Shown piece after piece: positions 1 to 9,340 of a stretch of DNA of 64,000 bases. This DNA comes from an uncultured Chitinophagales bacterium. Its GTDB lineage: Bacteria > Bacteroidota > Ignavibacteria > UBA10030 > UBA6906. The DNA lies in assembly GCA_964538485.1 (NCBI GenBank), contig CAZIHJ010000003.1, positions 3,097 through 67,096 on the forward strand, given 5' to 3'. A program made the translations under genes and the position numbers. The notes under the pieces are model-generated. The model searched no databases and was not told the origin of the DNA. It worked only from the letters and a program-made list of their open reading frames with translations. Each line of letters starts with the position of its first letter. Positions within the stretch are counted from its first letter, which is position 1.

Positions 1-627
1 GCAATAAAAGAACTTGAGCGCTGCGTCAAACAACTAGGTCTTGCCGGAATAGAAATCGGTACACACGTGAACGACTGGAACCTGAATGATCCGAATCTGT
101 TCCCGGTCTTCCAGGCAGCGGAAGAACTTGGCGCTGCTGTCTTCGTCCACCCCTGGGATATGATGGGCAAGGAGCGCATGTCAAAGTACTGGCTCCCGTG
201 GCTCGTTGGTATGCCTGCGGAGGCCTCGCTTGCTATTTGTTCAATGATCTTCGGCGGCGTGTTCGAGCGTCTGCCAAAACTGCGCGTTGCATTTGCTCAC
301 GGCGGCGGCGCATTTCCCGGAACGTTTGGTCGCATTGAGCATGGCTTTAATGTCCGCCCTGACCTTGTTGCCGTTGACAATCCAATCAACCCACGCAAGT
401 ACCTGGGCCGCTTCTTCGTTGATTCACTCACGCACGATGCGGCGATGCTCAAGTATCTCATTGAGCTTGTCGGCGCAAACCGCATAGCTCTCGGTTCGGA
501 TTATCCATTCCCCCTCGGTGAACAAGAACCGGGCAAGCTGATTGAATCGCTGGGTCTCGAGCAGAAAACACAAGAGCAATTGTTGCGCGGAACGGCGTTG
601 GAGTGGCTGGGCAAAAGCAGTCTGTAG
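1..627 (+). CDS. ACMSD-like amidohydrolase (amidohydrolase_2 family), 5' end outside the window
   Basis: Frame-1 ORF runs from base 1 to the stop at 625-627. Motifs FVHPWDM and GSDYPFPLGE are typical of 2-amino-3-carboxymuconate-6-semialdehyde decarboxylase. Confidence 0.6.
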   Translation, partial: AIKELERCVKQLGLAGIEIGTHVNDWNLNDPNLFPVFQAAEELGAAVFVHPWDMMGKERMSKYWLPWLVGMPAEASLAICSMIFGGVFERLPKLRVAFAHGGGAFPGTFGRIEHGFNVRPDLVAVDNPINPRKYLGRFFVDSLTHDAAMLKYLIELVGANRIALGSDYPFPLGEQEPGKLIESLGLEQKTQEQLLRGTALEWLGKSSL

Positions 628-714
628 AGTTCGTGGAGTTCATAGAGTCTATAGAGTCATCCTCTTTGAACTCTACAGACTCCACAAACTCCATTTGAGT
701 TATCCGAGGATGAT

Positions 715-1935
715 TTGGTTCGCTGGCTTCTTGTCGATCTCAATTCCTATTTTGCTTCTGTCGAACAGCAACTGCGTCCTGAGCTTCGGCGGAAACCAGT
801 TGCCGTGGTTCCGCTGATAGCAGACACGACGTTTTGTATTGCTGCAAGCTATGAAGCCAAGGCCTTTGGTGTAAAGACTGGCACACGCGTTGCCGATGCA
901 AAGCGGATGTGCCCCGACCTCCAGCTCGTGGAAGCGCGGCACGCGAAGTACGTCGAGTATCACACAAGGATTGTCACCGCCGTTGAATCTTGTGTACCTG
1001 TTGCAGCGGTGCTGTCCATAGATGAAATGGCATGTCAGCTTACAGGCAGCCAGCGCGAAGTCGGGAAGGCTGTTGCATTGGCGGCCAAAATCAAACAAAC
1101 GATCTATACCGACGTCGGTGAAATGCTGCGCTGTTCGGTTGGCATTGCGACCAACCGCTTTCTTGCAAAGGTGGCGAGTGATATGCAGAAGCCGGATGGT
1201 CTCGTCGTTCTGACACTGGCGGATCTGCCGCAGAAACTATATCCTTTGAAGACAAGGGATTTCCCCGGCATTGGCGCGAACATGGAGAAACGACTTGCTC
1301 AGAAGGGGATAGTGACAGCCGAACAATTATTGAATCTCTCACAATCCGAGATGAAGAAAATCTGGCAAGGAATTATCGGCGAACGGTACTGGCACTGGTT
1401 GCGGGGTGAGGAGTTTTCAGAGCAACAGACCCACCGCCGCACTGTCGGACACTCACATGTGTTGCCTCCGAAAATGCGAACGCCAACAGATGCATTCGCC
1501 ATCGCACAGCAGCTGTTGCACAAGGCCGCCGCGCGACTCCGGCGCATGCATTACTGGGCATCGCACTTGAGAGTGGATGTGAAATTCATGAACCGTGCAT
1601 CGTGGACGGATCATATTTCGTTCGTTGAATGTCAGGACACACTCACGCTCCTCGAAGCGCTGCAGAAGCTCTGGAAGAATCTGCCGCAAGGCAAGCTGCT
1701 GGCAGTCGGCGTGACGTTGTTCGATCTCGTCCACGATTCTGCGCATAACTTCTCGCTCTTTTCCGACGAGGTGAAGCGCACCAGACTTTCAGATGCGATG
1801 GATAAACTCAACGCGAAATACGGAGGTCACTTGCTCCACTTTGGAGGCATGCATGCTTTACAGTCTGCCGCTCCAACCCGCATTGCTTTCACCAACATTC
1901 CCTCACCCGAGGATTTTGACTTTGATATTGAATAA
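715..1935 (+). CDS. dinB: Y-family DNA polymerase IV (DinB/DinP)
   Basis: 406-aa ORF with a probable TTG start. N-terminus LLVDLNSYFASVEQ plus the thumb and little-finger regions are typical of Pol IV. Confidence 0.75.
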   Translation: MVRWLLVDLNSYFASVEQQLRPELRRKPVAVVPLIADTTFCIAASYEAKAFGVKTGTRVADAKRMCPDLQLVEARHAKYVEYHTRIVTAVESCVPVAAVLSIDEMACQLTGSQREVGKAVALAAKIKQTIYTDVGEMLRCSVGIATNRFLAKVASDMQKPDGLVVLTLADLPQKLYPLKTRDFPGIGANMEKRLAQKGIVTAEQLLNLSQSEMKKIWQGIIGERYWHWLRGEEFSEQQTHRRTVGHSHVLPPKMRTPTDAFAIAQQLLHKAAARLRRMHYWASHLRVDVKFMNRASWTDHISFVECQDTLTLLEALQKLWKNLPQGKLLAVGVTLFDLVHDSAHNFSLFSDEVKRTRLSDAMDKLNAKYGGHLLHFGGMHALQSAAPTRIAFTNIPSPEDFDFDIE

Positions 1936-1938
1936 GCC

Positions 1939-3201
1939 ATGACACCAATACATTTCGACAAATTGTCGGCGGTTGAGCTTGACGCGCAAGACCCATGTGC
2001 TGCATACCGCTCCCGTTTTCATATTCCCAAGAGAAAAGATGGCAGCGATGTAATCTACCTGTGTGGCAACTCTCTTGGCCTGCAGCCAAAGACTGCGAGC
2101 ACATACGTTCAGCAAGAATTGGATGATTGGGCCAAGTTAGGCGTCGAGGGACATTTTCAAGCGAAGAATCCCTGGATGCCGTACCACGAATTGTTGACCG
2201 AGCAGACAGCGCGTCTTGTCGGGGCATTGCCCTCAGAAGTTGTGGTCATGAACACCCTCACCGTCAACCTCCACCTGATGATGGTATCGTTCTACAGACC
2301 CGCCTTGAATCGGCACAAGATTATTGTCGAACAACATGCGTTTCCTTCAGACCAATATGCGGTTACATCTCAGATTAAATTCCATGGACTTGATCCGACG
2401 CGTTCAATAATGGAACTTTCGCCACGCCGGGGGGAATCCACGCTCAGGGTTGAAGACATGGAAAAGGTGATTGCAGATGAAGGAGAGGCGACTGCACTCG
2501 TTCTTCTCGGAGGTGTCAACTACTACACAGGCCAAGCGTTTGACATGGAGCGGATTGTCAAGGCAGCTCACGGAAAGGGCTGCATTGTCGCGTTTGATCT
2601 TGCCCATGCGGTGGGGAATATTCCTCTTCATCTTCATGATTGGGGTGTGGACTTTGCGGTGTGGTGTTCATATAAATACTTGAATGCCGGTCCGGGCAGC
2701 ACCGCCGGCTGTTTTGTCCATGAACGCCACGCCCGGGCTTTTGATCTTCCCAGATTTTCCGGTTGGTGGGGACACAACAAGAGCACACGTTTTCAGATGC
2801 CCGCTGAGTTTGATCCGATACCGGGGACGGAGGGCTGGCAACTGAGCAATCCGTCGATTCTGCCGCTGGCGGCTTTGCGTTCCTCAATGGAGATATTTGA
2901 TGAGGTGGGTATGACAGCGCTTAGAACGAAGAGTGAGAAGCTGACGGGATACCTTGAGTTTCTCCTTAAGGAGTTGCCCGGTGTTTCGATCCTCACTCCA
3001 TCCGATCAGTCCCGGCGTGGTTGCCAGCTCTCCCTGCAGATCGGGCAGAAAGGTCGGTCGATTTTTGAGTCGTTGACACGACAGGGTGTAGTCTGCGACT
3101 GGCGTGAACCGGATGTCATTCGTGTTGCTCCGGTGCCGCTGTATAATACATTCAGCGACGTGTTTGAGTTTGTGAGGATACTGGGGAAAGAAGTCGAATG
3201 A
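1939..3201 (+). CDS. kynU: kynureninase
   Basis: 420-aa class-V-fold PLP enzyme with kynureninase-like motifs (YLCGNSLGLQPK, SYKYLNAGPG). Its stop overlaps the next start (ATGA). Confidence 0.85.
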   Translation: MTPIHFDKLSAVELDAQDPCAAYRSRFHIPKRKDGSDVIYLCGNSLGLQPKTASTYVQQELDDWAKLGVEGHFQAKNPWMPYHELLTEQTARLVGALPSEVVVMNTLTVNLHLMMVSFYRPALNRHKIIVEQHAFPSDQYAVTSQIKFHGLDPTRSIMELSPRRGESTLRVEDMEKVIADEGEATALVLLGGVNYYTGQAFDMERIVKAAHGKGCIVAFDLAHAVGNIPLHLHDWGVDFAVWCSYKYLNAGPGSTAGCFVHERHARAFDLPRFSGWWGHNKSTRFQMPAEFDPIPGTEGWQLSNPSILPLAALRSSMEIFDEVGMTALRTKSEKLTGYLEFLLKELPGVSILTPSDQSRRGCQLSLQIGQKGRSIFESLTRQGVVCDWREPDVIRVAPVPLYNTFSDVFEFVRILGKEVE

Positions 3202-4577
3202 AAGATCGTGTAACTCTTGTCGGGGCCGGGCTGGCAGGCTCGCTGCTTTCGATTTATCTTGCACAACGCGGCTTTGACGTTGATGTATATGAGCGCCGAC
3301 CCGACATGCGCAAAGTCAACATTGGGGGTGGACGTTCGATCAATCTTGCCTTATCCACACGTGGGATCCATGCGCTGAAGGAAGTCGGAGTTCTTGAACA
3401 GGTCATGAAAATCGCCATCCCGATGAAGGGAAGAATGATGCACGCAGTGTCCGGCGAGTTGACGTTTCAGCGATATGGCAAAGACGATACGGAGGTCATC
3501 TACGCAACATCGCGCAGTCAACTGAACATGGCGTTGATGGATGCAGCGGAACGGTTACCCAACGTTACGCTCCATTTCAATCGCAAGTGTACAGGAATGA
3601 ATTTTGGAACAGATGAACTCGCGCTGTTCGATGAAGTGGTTGGAAAGAGTATGAAGGTGCAAACCGGTACCGTGATTGGAACGGATGGCTCGGCTTCGGC
3701 TCTGCGGATGGAGATGGAGGGAATTCCCCAATTCCATTCATCCCAGCAATATCTTGAGTACGGTTATAAAGAACTTGCCATTCCGGCTGGGCCGATGGGA
3801 GCGTGGTTGCTCGAGAAGCATGCACTGCATATTTGGCCACGCGGCACGTTTATGTTGATCGCTCTTCCGAATATCGATGGAAGCTTCACGTGTACGTTCT
3901 TCTTCCCGCATGAGGGAGAGTTGAGCTTTAAGACATTGAACACCCGGGACCGGGTCAATACATTCTTTCACGAACATTTTCCCGATGCAATCGCACTCAT
4001 GCCCGATTTCATCGATCAGTTCTTTTCAAACCCCACGGGAGCCATGGTGACAGTCAAGTGCTCACCGTGGCACGCCGGTGGCAAGATGGCCCTACTCGGC
4101 GACGCGGCCCATGCCATTGTGCCGTTCTTCGGTCAGGGAATGAACTGTGCGTTTGAGGATTGCACCTCCCTGAACGAAATCATGGGCAAGAAATTGGAGG
4201 TGGAGAAACAGGAGATCGGAGAAGAGTGGTGGAAATCAGTGTTCGATGAGTATGAGCGGGCACGAAAGATCAATACTGACGCTATCGCCGATCTGGCCGT
4301 GGAGAATTTCGTTGAAATGCGGGACCTGGTTGCACACCCCAAATTTCTATTGAAGAAAAAAGTGGAACAGGCATTGCACCAGAGATTTCCGGAGAAATTT
4401 ATCCCCAAATACTCCATGGTGACCTTCCACCGGATTCCGTATGCCGTGGCACTCTCTCGTGGGAAAGTCCAGGAGAGGATCCTGGACGAGCTCTGTTCCA
4501 CCATTTCCACAGTGGATACACTGGATTGGGCCAGAGCGGGACAACTTATTGCAGGCCTTGAAACGCTGCATCAGTAA
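3198..4577 (+). CDS. kmo: kynurenine 3-monooxygenase (FAD-dependent)
   Basis: 459 aa with the Rossmann motif VTLVGAGLAGS at the N-terminus and GDAAHAIVPFFGQGMN. Translationally coupled to kynU. Confidence 0.85.
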   Translation: MKDRVTLVGAGLAGSLLSIYLAQRGFDVDVYERRPDMRKVNIGGGRSINLALSTRGIHALKEVGVLEQVMKIAIPMKGRMMHAVSGELTFQRYGKDDTEVIYATSRSQLNMALMDAAERLPNVTLHFNRKCTGMNFGTDELALFDEVVGKSMKVQTGTVIGTDGSASALRMEMEGIPQFHSSQQYLEYGYKELAIPAGPMGAWLLEKHALHIWPRGTFMLIALPNIDGSFTCTFFFPHEGELSFKTLNTRDRVNTFFHEHFPDAIALMPDFIDQFFSNPTGAMVTVKCSPWHAGGKMALLGDAAHAIVPFFGQGMNCAFEDCTSLNEIMGKKLEVEKQEIGEEWWKSVFDEYERARKINTDAIADLAVENFVEMRDLVAHPKFLLKKKVEQALHQRFPEKFIPKYSMVTFHRIPYAVALSRGKVQERILDELCSTISTVDTLDWARAGQLIAGLETLHQ

Positions 4578-4647
4578 GGCAACTCAAATCACCCGCCGAT
4601 TGTTCACCTTAAGCCTACATTGATCATTTATTCTTCTCAGGTGAACA

Positions 4648-6054
4648 ATGAGACCAACGCTGCGCATCGTTTCGTTTGTCATCACAATCTTCATTGCATT
4701 GATTGCCGGATGCTCCGAGAATCCTGAGGGAACGCCGCCGCCGGGACCAGCACCCGGTGTTGTTTCCACTGTCGTCAAACCTAATGAACACAACGTACTG
4801 AGTGCAATAGCCACTGTTCGTGCCGCCAATGCTGTTTCAGTATCCGTTGAATTCTGGAATGACTCTCTCGCAATGTCAGAAACAGCCGCCGTCCTTGTCG
4901 TCGACTCAGTTGCCGAGGTCCCGATTCTCGGACTGAGACCGGATCAAACGTACCAATTTCGCGCGAAAGCCCGGGCAGCCAGCGGTGAGACCGGATCGGG
5001 CGATCAGATTTCCTTTTCAACAGATCCTTTGCCCGACCACCTTCCTGGCTTTACACTCATCGGAAGTCAATCGCCCACTCCGGGCTACGTCATGATCGGG
5101 GTTTCCGGTGCTGGTGGGACGTATGGTGCGGCTGTAATACTTGACAACCTCGGACGCATTGTTTGGTACAAGAGGTTTCAAACAGCGGTGCTTGACTTCC
5201 AGCTCCAATTCACCGGCACGTACACCGCCGGCTCATTTCTTGATAGCGTCCTCGCTTTTTATGAGCTGGACCGTCTGGGCAATGTCGTTGGCCAGTACTC
5301 AACTGTTCAAGGAGAAGAAACCGGGGTGCATGAACTCCGGTTGTACAACGGCGCGTATTGCTTGTATGGCAGTGAGTACAGGGATTCAAATCTGACCGCG
5401 CTCGGCGGCCAGGCAAATGCCATTGTGCGCGGAATGACGATCGAGTATATCAGGAACGGCCAGCCGAATTTCTTTTGGAATACCTTCGACCATCTTGAGA
5501 TCACCGACGCCACCGCGGATATTAGTCTCACCGGTGTGAACGTCAACCCGTGGCATTCCAATGCAATCGAAGTTGACACCGACGGCAATGTGCTGGTGTC
5601 GTTCAAGAACATGGATGAGATCACCAAGATCAACGTACAGACAGGAGAGATCATCTGGCGGCTGGGAGGTGAAAACAATCAGTTCACGTTCGTCAACGAT
5701 CCGTTGAATGGTTTTTCGCATCAACACGGCATCCGCCGACTGGCCAATGGTAATATCATCCTGTTCGACAACGGCGCCCTCCACCAACCCCCGGTCAGTC
5801 GCGCCGTGGAGTATCGTCTCGACGAGTCAACAATGGTGGCAGAGATGGTATGGGAGTATCGTCACTCGCCCCCGCTCTTCGGCAACATTATGGGATTTGC
5901 CCAACGACTTGCGAATGGCAACACCGTGATTTGTTTTGGCTCGGCCCAACACGTTGTCGAAGTGAACAGCTCGGGAGTTGTGCAGTGGGAAGTGGCTGTC
6001 GATAATCCCGGATATAATCTATACCGGGCATTCAGGATAGAATCTTTGTACTAA
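4648..6054 (+). CDS. arylsulfotransferase (ASST)-family lipoprotein
   Basis: Lipoprotein signal (LIAGCSE). The motif NPWHSNAIEVDTDGNVLVSFKN indicates an ASST-like beta-propeller. Confidence 0.55.
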   Translation: MRPTLRIVSFVITIFIALIAGCSENPEGTPPPGPAPGVVSTVVKPNEHNVLSAIATVRAANAVSVSVEFWNDSLAMSETAAVLVVDSVAEVPILGLRPDQTYQFRAKARAASGETGSGDQISFSTDPLPDHLPGFTLIGSQSPTPGYVMIGVSGAGGTYGAAVILDNLGRIVWYKRFQTAVLDFQLQFTGTYTAGSFLDSVLAFYELDRLGNVVGQYSTVQGEETGVHELRLYNGAYCLYGSEYRDSNLTALGGQANAIVRGMTIEYIRNGQPNFFWNTFDHLEITDATADISLTGVNVNPWHSNAIEVDTDGNVLVSFKNMDEITKINVQTGEIIWRLGGENNQFTFVNDPLNGFSHQHGIRRLANGNIILFDNGALHQPPVSRAVEYRLDESTMVAEMVWEYRHSPPLFGNIMGFAQRLANGNTVICFGSAQHVVEVNSSGVVQWEVAVDNPGYNLYRAFRIESLY

Positions 6055-6067
6055 CATCATTCCGTAG

Positions 6068-6098
6068 TTGCAATACGACCACGTAGTCTGTATATTGC
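6068..6098 (+). promoter_or_regulatory. candidate Bacteroidota-type promoter (TTG-N20-TATATTGC) for the riboswitch transcript
   Basis: TTG at 6068-6070 and TATATTGC at 6091-6098 approximate the -33/-7 consensus TTG...TAnnTTTG. They sit just 5' of the TPP aptamer. Confidence 0.35.
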
Positions 6099-6107
6099 TG
6101 TCGAAAT

Positions 6108-6199
6108 CCGTTAGGGGTGTCCCGCCAATAAACGTGGGACTGAGATCACACCCTAAGAACCTGATCTGGACGATACCAGCGTAGGGAAACGGGACCTGA
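6108..6199 (+). ncRNA. TPP (THI-box) riboswitch aptamer
   Basis: Contains GGGGUGUCC...CUGAGA...ACCC...GAACCUGAUCUGGACGAUACCAGCGUAGGGAA, which matches the conserved TPP aptamer core. The P1 stem pairs gucccg with cgggac. Confidence 0.9.
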
Positions 6200-6219
6200 A
6201 TTGCTTCTATTTCTCTTCA

Positions 6220-6250
6220 GCCGTTTCTCTTACGAGAACGGCTTTTTTAT
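6220..6250 (+). terminator. riboswitch expression-platform intrinsic terminator
   Basis: Stem gccgtttctc / gagaacggc with loop ttac, followed by TTTTTTATT. It lies immediately 5' of the receptor start codon. Confidence 0.75.
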
Positions 6251-6264
6251 TGAGGAAAAGGATC

Positions 6265-8700
6265 ATGAAGGGCTTCACGGTAATTCTCTGCACGCGTGTC
6301 TTGACGTTTCTCTTAATCGGACAAGATTCATCCGCCCAACCCTTCGGGTCCATCGCAGGCACAGTGAGCGATGCGACGACACGGAGATCAATTCCCGGAA
6401 CCAACATTTCTCTCGTCGGGACAGCTCTCGGCGCCATTACGGATACCTCCGGGGGGTTTCATATCAACAACGTCACGCCGGGAATGTATGAACTGCGGGC
6501 CTCGTTTGTCGGCTACACAACGAACATACAGAGCATACACGTCTTACCGGATGATTCATCCTTTGTGAGCATCGAACTCGTACCTGAGACGATTACCATT
6601 CAACCAATTACAGTGAGTGCTACCCGCGGACGATTGCGGGAAACGCCGGCAACATTTTCTACGCTTGACAGGATGAATATTCGCGATCATTATACCACCC
6701 AGGACATTCCGGTTCTCCTGTCGGAGCTCCCTTCAACAACATATTATTCGGACGCCGGCAATGGCATCGGCTACACATACCTGAATATCCGCGGCTTTGA
6801 TGCTCGCCGCATTGCGGTAATGGTCAACGGTATTCCACAAAATGATCCGGAGGATCACAACGTCTATTGGTTGGACATTCCCGATATTGCGGGGAGTCTG
6901 GAAGATGTTCAGGTGCAACGCGGTGCCGGCAGCGCTTTCTACGGGTCACCCGCGATTGGTGGTTCAGTGAATCTCGTAACGTCCGGTTTCGGACGGGAAC
7001 GTGAGATTATCCTGTCTGCGGGGGTTGGAAGCTTCAACTCACGCAAATACTCAGCTTCGTTCAGCTCCGGACTCATTGATAACAGGTACGCACTTCATGG
7101 ACGGCTTTCCAAGATGCTGAGCAGCGGCTACCGTGACCGATCCTGGGTTGATTTCAACAGCTACTTTCTGGGGATGATCCGCTACGATGAGAATATGACC
7201 ACGCAGGTGAACTTCTATGGAGGACCGATTTCCGACCATCTTGCATACTACGGGATTCCAAAGTCGGACGTGAAGGATAGATCAAAGCGGCGCACAAACC
7301 CAATCCTCCGGGAAGAGGAAGTTGAGAATTTCTCCCAGCCCCACTATGAAGTGCTGCATGAATGGCGGCTGAGCCGGACACTTACAGTGAACAACACAGC
7401 GTTTATCATTCTTGGTGAGGGCTTCTTCGATTATGATGGGAGCTGGGCGCCATTCTCATACTACCGGCTTACACAAGGAAACGGATTCAATGTTACCGGC
7501 GATCCCGATACGATGTACTTTAGTAGTGCACTCATCCGTGCAACCGTATCGAACAAGCAGTTTGGCTGGCTGCCTCGCATTACTCTGCGTCATGATAACG
7601 GTGAATTCATCGCCGGGGCTGAGGTACGATTCCACCGTTCGCTCCACTGGGGAAAACTGCAGCGCGTTGATATGAGCCCCGTGTCCATTCCCGAAGATTA
7701 TCGCTATTATGAATACAAGGGAGCAAAAGACATCTTCTCGCTTTATGTGCACGAACTGTATTCACTCCAGTCTAATGTGAACATCATGGCGAACGTGCAA
7801 TACGTCTTCAATCGTTACCGGCTCTACGAAGAGGGATTTCTCGGGACGGACTTTGCAGTCCCATACCATTTCTTGAATCCCCGCCTTGGCGTCAACTACA
7901 ATCTTGACGAGAACTGGAACACCTACCTCAGTCTTGCTTACACTTCCCGCGAACCACGATTGAAGAACCTGTATGATGCAGCGGAAGCGAGTACCCCCGC
8001 ATCTTGGGGTGCAATTGTGCCACAGTTTGCCGTGGACGCAAATGGCCAGTTCAATTTTGACCAGCCGCTGGTAAAGCCGGAGCGACTGCTTGATATCGAG
8101 TTGGGCGCAGGATATTCCTCGCCGCGCGCGAGTACGACGGCAAATGTCTACTGGATGGAGTTCACGGATGAGATTGTGAAGAGCGGTCAGGTGGATCGTT
8201 TCGGTCAACCCGTCACCGGGAACGCTGAGAGAACACGTCACATCGGCATTGAAATTTCGGGGCTCTATACTCCCGTTGCATGGCTTGAGGTGCGCGGTAA
8301 TGCGACCCTCAGTCGGAACACATTTGTCAGACACACGGATTATTCATCGGGAGCCCCGCTCAGCCTGAGTGACAACCCGATCGCGGGATTTCCGGACGTT
8401 CTTGCAAACTTGCGGGTGACGTATCGGAAAGAAGGTCTCGCGGTGTCGGTTGCGGGCAGGTACGTCGGCAAACAGTATACGGATAACTTTAAGGACGAAG
8501 CCAATACCGTGGATGCGTACGTTGTCTGTGATGGATGGATTGCTCATACCCTGCAGAGTGTTTTTGATGATGTCAATGTCGAGGCAAAGTTACAGGTGAA
8601 TAATCTCTTTGATAAACTTTACGCCGCCTATGGCGAGGGTGACCGGTTTTTTGTTGGGGCAGAAAGAAACGTATTCTTCAATCTTTCCATACACCTTTGA
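6265..8700 (+). CDS. TonB-dependent outer-membrane receptor (predicted thiamine uptake, OMthi-like)
   Basis: Signal peptide, CarbopepD_reg-like N-terminal domain, plug, a 22-strand barrel and a C-terminal aromatic residue. The ATG at 6265 follows AGGAAAAGG. Sits downstream of the TPP riboswitch. Confidence 0.85.
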   Translation: MKGFTVILCTRVLTFLLIGQDSSAQPFGSIAGTVSDATTRRSIPGTNISLVGTALGAITDTSGGFHINNVTPGMYELRASFVGYTTNIQSIHVLPDDSSFVSIELVPETITIQPITVSATRGRLRETPATFSTLDRMNIRDHYTTQDIPVLLSELPSTTYYSDAGNGIGYTYLNIRGFDARRIAVMVNGIPQNDPEDHNVYWLDIPDIAGSLEDVQVQRGAGSAFYGSPAIGGSVNLVTSGFGREREIILSAGVGSFNSRKYSASFSSGLIDNRYALHGRLSKMLSSGYRDRSWVDFNSYFLGMIRYDENMTTQVNFYGGPISDHLAYYGIPKSDVKDRSKRRTNPILREEEVENFSQPHYEVLHEWRLSRTLTVNNTAFIILGEGFFDYDGSWAPFSYYRLTQGNGFNVTGDPDTMYFSSALIRATVSNKQFGWLPRITLRHDNGEFIAGAEVRFHRSLHWGKLQRVDMSPVSIPEDYRYYEYKGAKDIFSLYVHELYSLQSNVNIMANVQYVFNRYRLYEEGFLGTDFAVPYHFLNPRLGVNYNLDENWNTYLSLAYTSREPRLKNLYDAAEASTPASWGAIVPQFAVDANGQFNFDQPLVKPERLLDIELGAGYSSPRASTTANVYWMEFTDEIVKSGQVDRFGQPVTGNAERTRHIGIEISGLYTPVAWLEVRGNATLSRNTFVRHTDYSSGAPLSLSDNPIAGFPDVLANLRVTYRKEGLAVSVAGRYVGKQYTDNFKDEANTVDAYVVCDGWIAHTLQSVFDDVNVEAKLQVNNLFDKLYAAYGEGDRFFVGAERNVFFNLSIHL

Positions 8701-8707
8701 GTTTGCA

Positions 8708-9340
8708 ATGAAAGCACTGGTGATCTGCAATGGTGAACCTCCTTCACGCGCCTTACTTCATCGCCATGCCCGGAGGGCCGATCTGATTGTCGCCGCCGAT
8801 GGCGGGGCAAACGCTGCACGGGTGTTGGGCGTGCGTCCGCATATCATCATAGGTGACCTCGATTCTCTGAACGCTTCGACCAGGAAGCACTTCACCTCCT
8901 CCCTTATCATACACGTGAAGCGTCAGGACAACACCGATCTGGAGAAGGCGCTGGATATTCTCGCGCCACGTGTGAAGGATGTCGTGATTGTCGGCGCAGC
9001 TGGCCGCCGGCTCGATTTCACTCTTGGCAACCTCTCGGTTCTGTGGAAGTATGCCGTGAAGATGAACATTATTGTGGCTGGCGATGGATGGCAGGCGTTT
9101 CCGATACAGCGGAAGTTCACGCGACGAGCCGCTCGCGGGACGACGGTAAGCCTCATTCCATTCGGTTCGTGTTCCGGAATTACATTGCGCGGATTGAAAT
9201 ACCCGCTCACAAATGCAGCAATGGCCGTTGGGGAAATTGGAGTTTCTAATGCTGTTGTTCGCTCATCGTTCAATGTGAGTGTACGGAAAGGTAAGATGCT
9301 CCTGTTGATACTTGATCCCCGGAAGGCGAGACACAATTGA
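8708..9340 (+). CDS. thiamine pyrophosphokinase
   Basis: MKALVICNGEPP...LIVAADGGAN...GDLDSL matches the TPK catalytic domain, with a thiamine-binding C-terminal domain. The ATG at 8708 is the likely start; the track ORF beginning at 8609 overlaps the receptor. Confidence 0.8.
   Translation: MKALVICNGEPPSRALLHRHARRADLIVAADGGANAARVLGVRPHIIIGDLDSLNASTRKHFTSSLIIHVKRQDNTDLEKALDILAPRVKDVVIVGAAGRRLDFTLGNLSVLWKYAVKMNIIVAGDGWQAFPIQRKFTRRAARGTTVSLIPFGSCSGITLRGLKYPLTNAAMAVGEIGVSNAVVRSSFNVSVRKGKMLLLILDPRKARHN

Noticed and set aside
4578-4647. 10-bp inverted repeat (ATTGTTCACC / GGTGAACAAT) after kmo
   Set aside because: The arms are separated by a loop of about 33 nt and the second arm overlaps the RBS and start region of the next gene. 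It is unlikely to be a stable terminator. It is noted only as possibly occluding the downstream RBS.
8609-8707. Upstream extension of the TPK ORF overlapping the TonB receptor
   Set aside because: The extension lacks TPK homology and overlaps the receptor's conserved C-terminal barrel strands. The ATG at 8708 (MKALVICNG) is the conventional TPK N-terminus.
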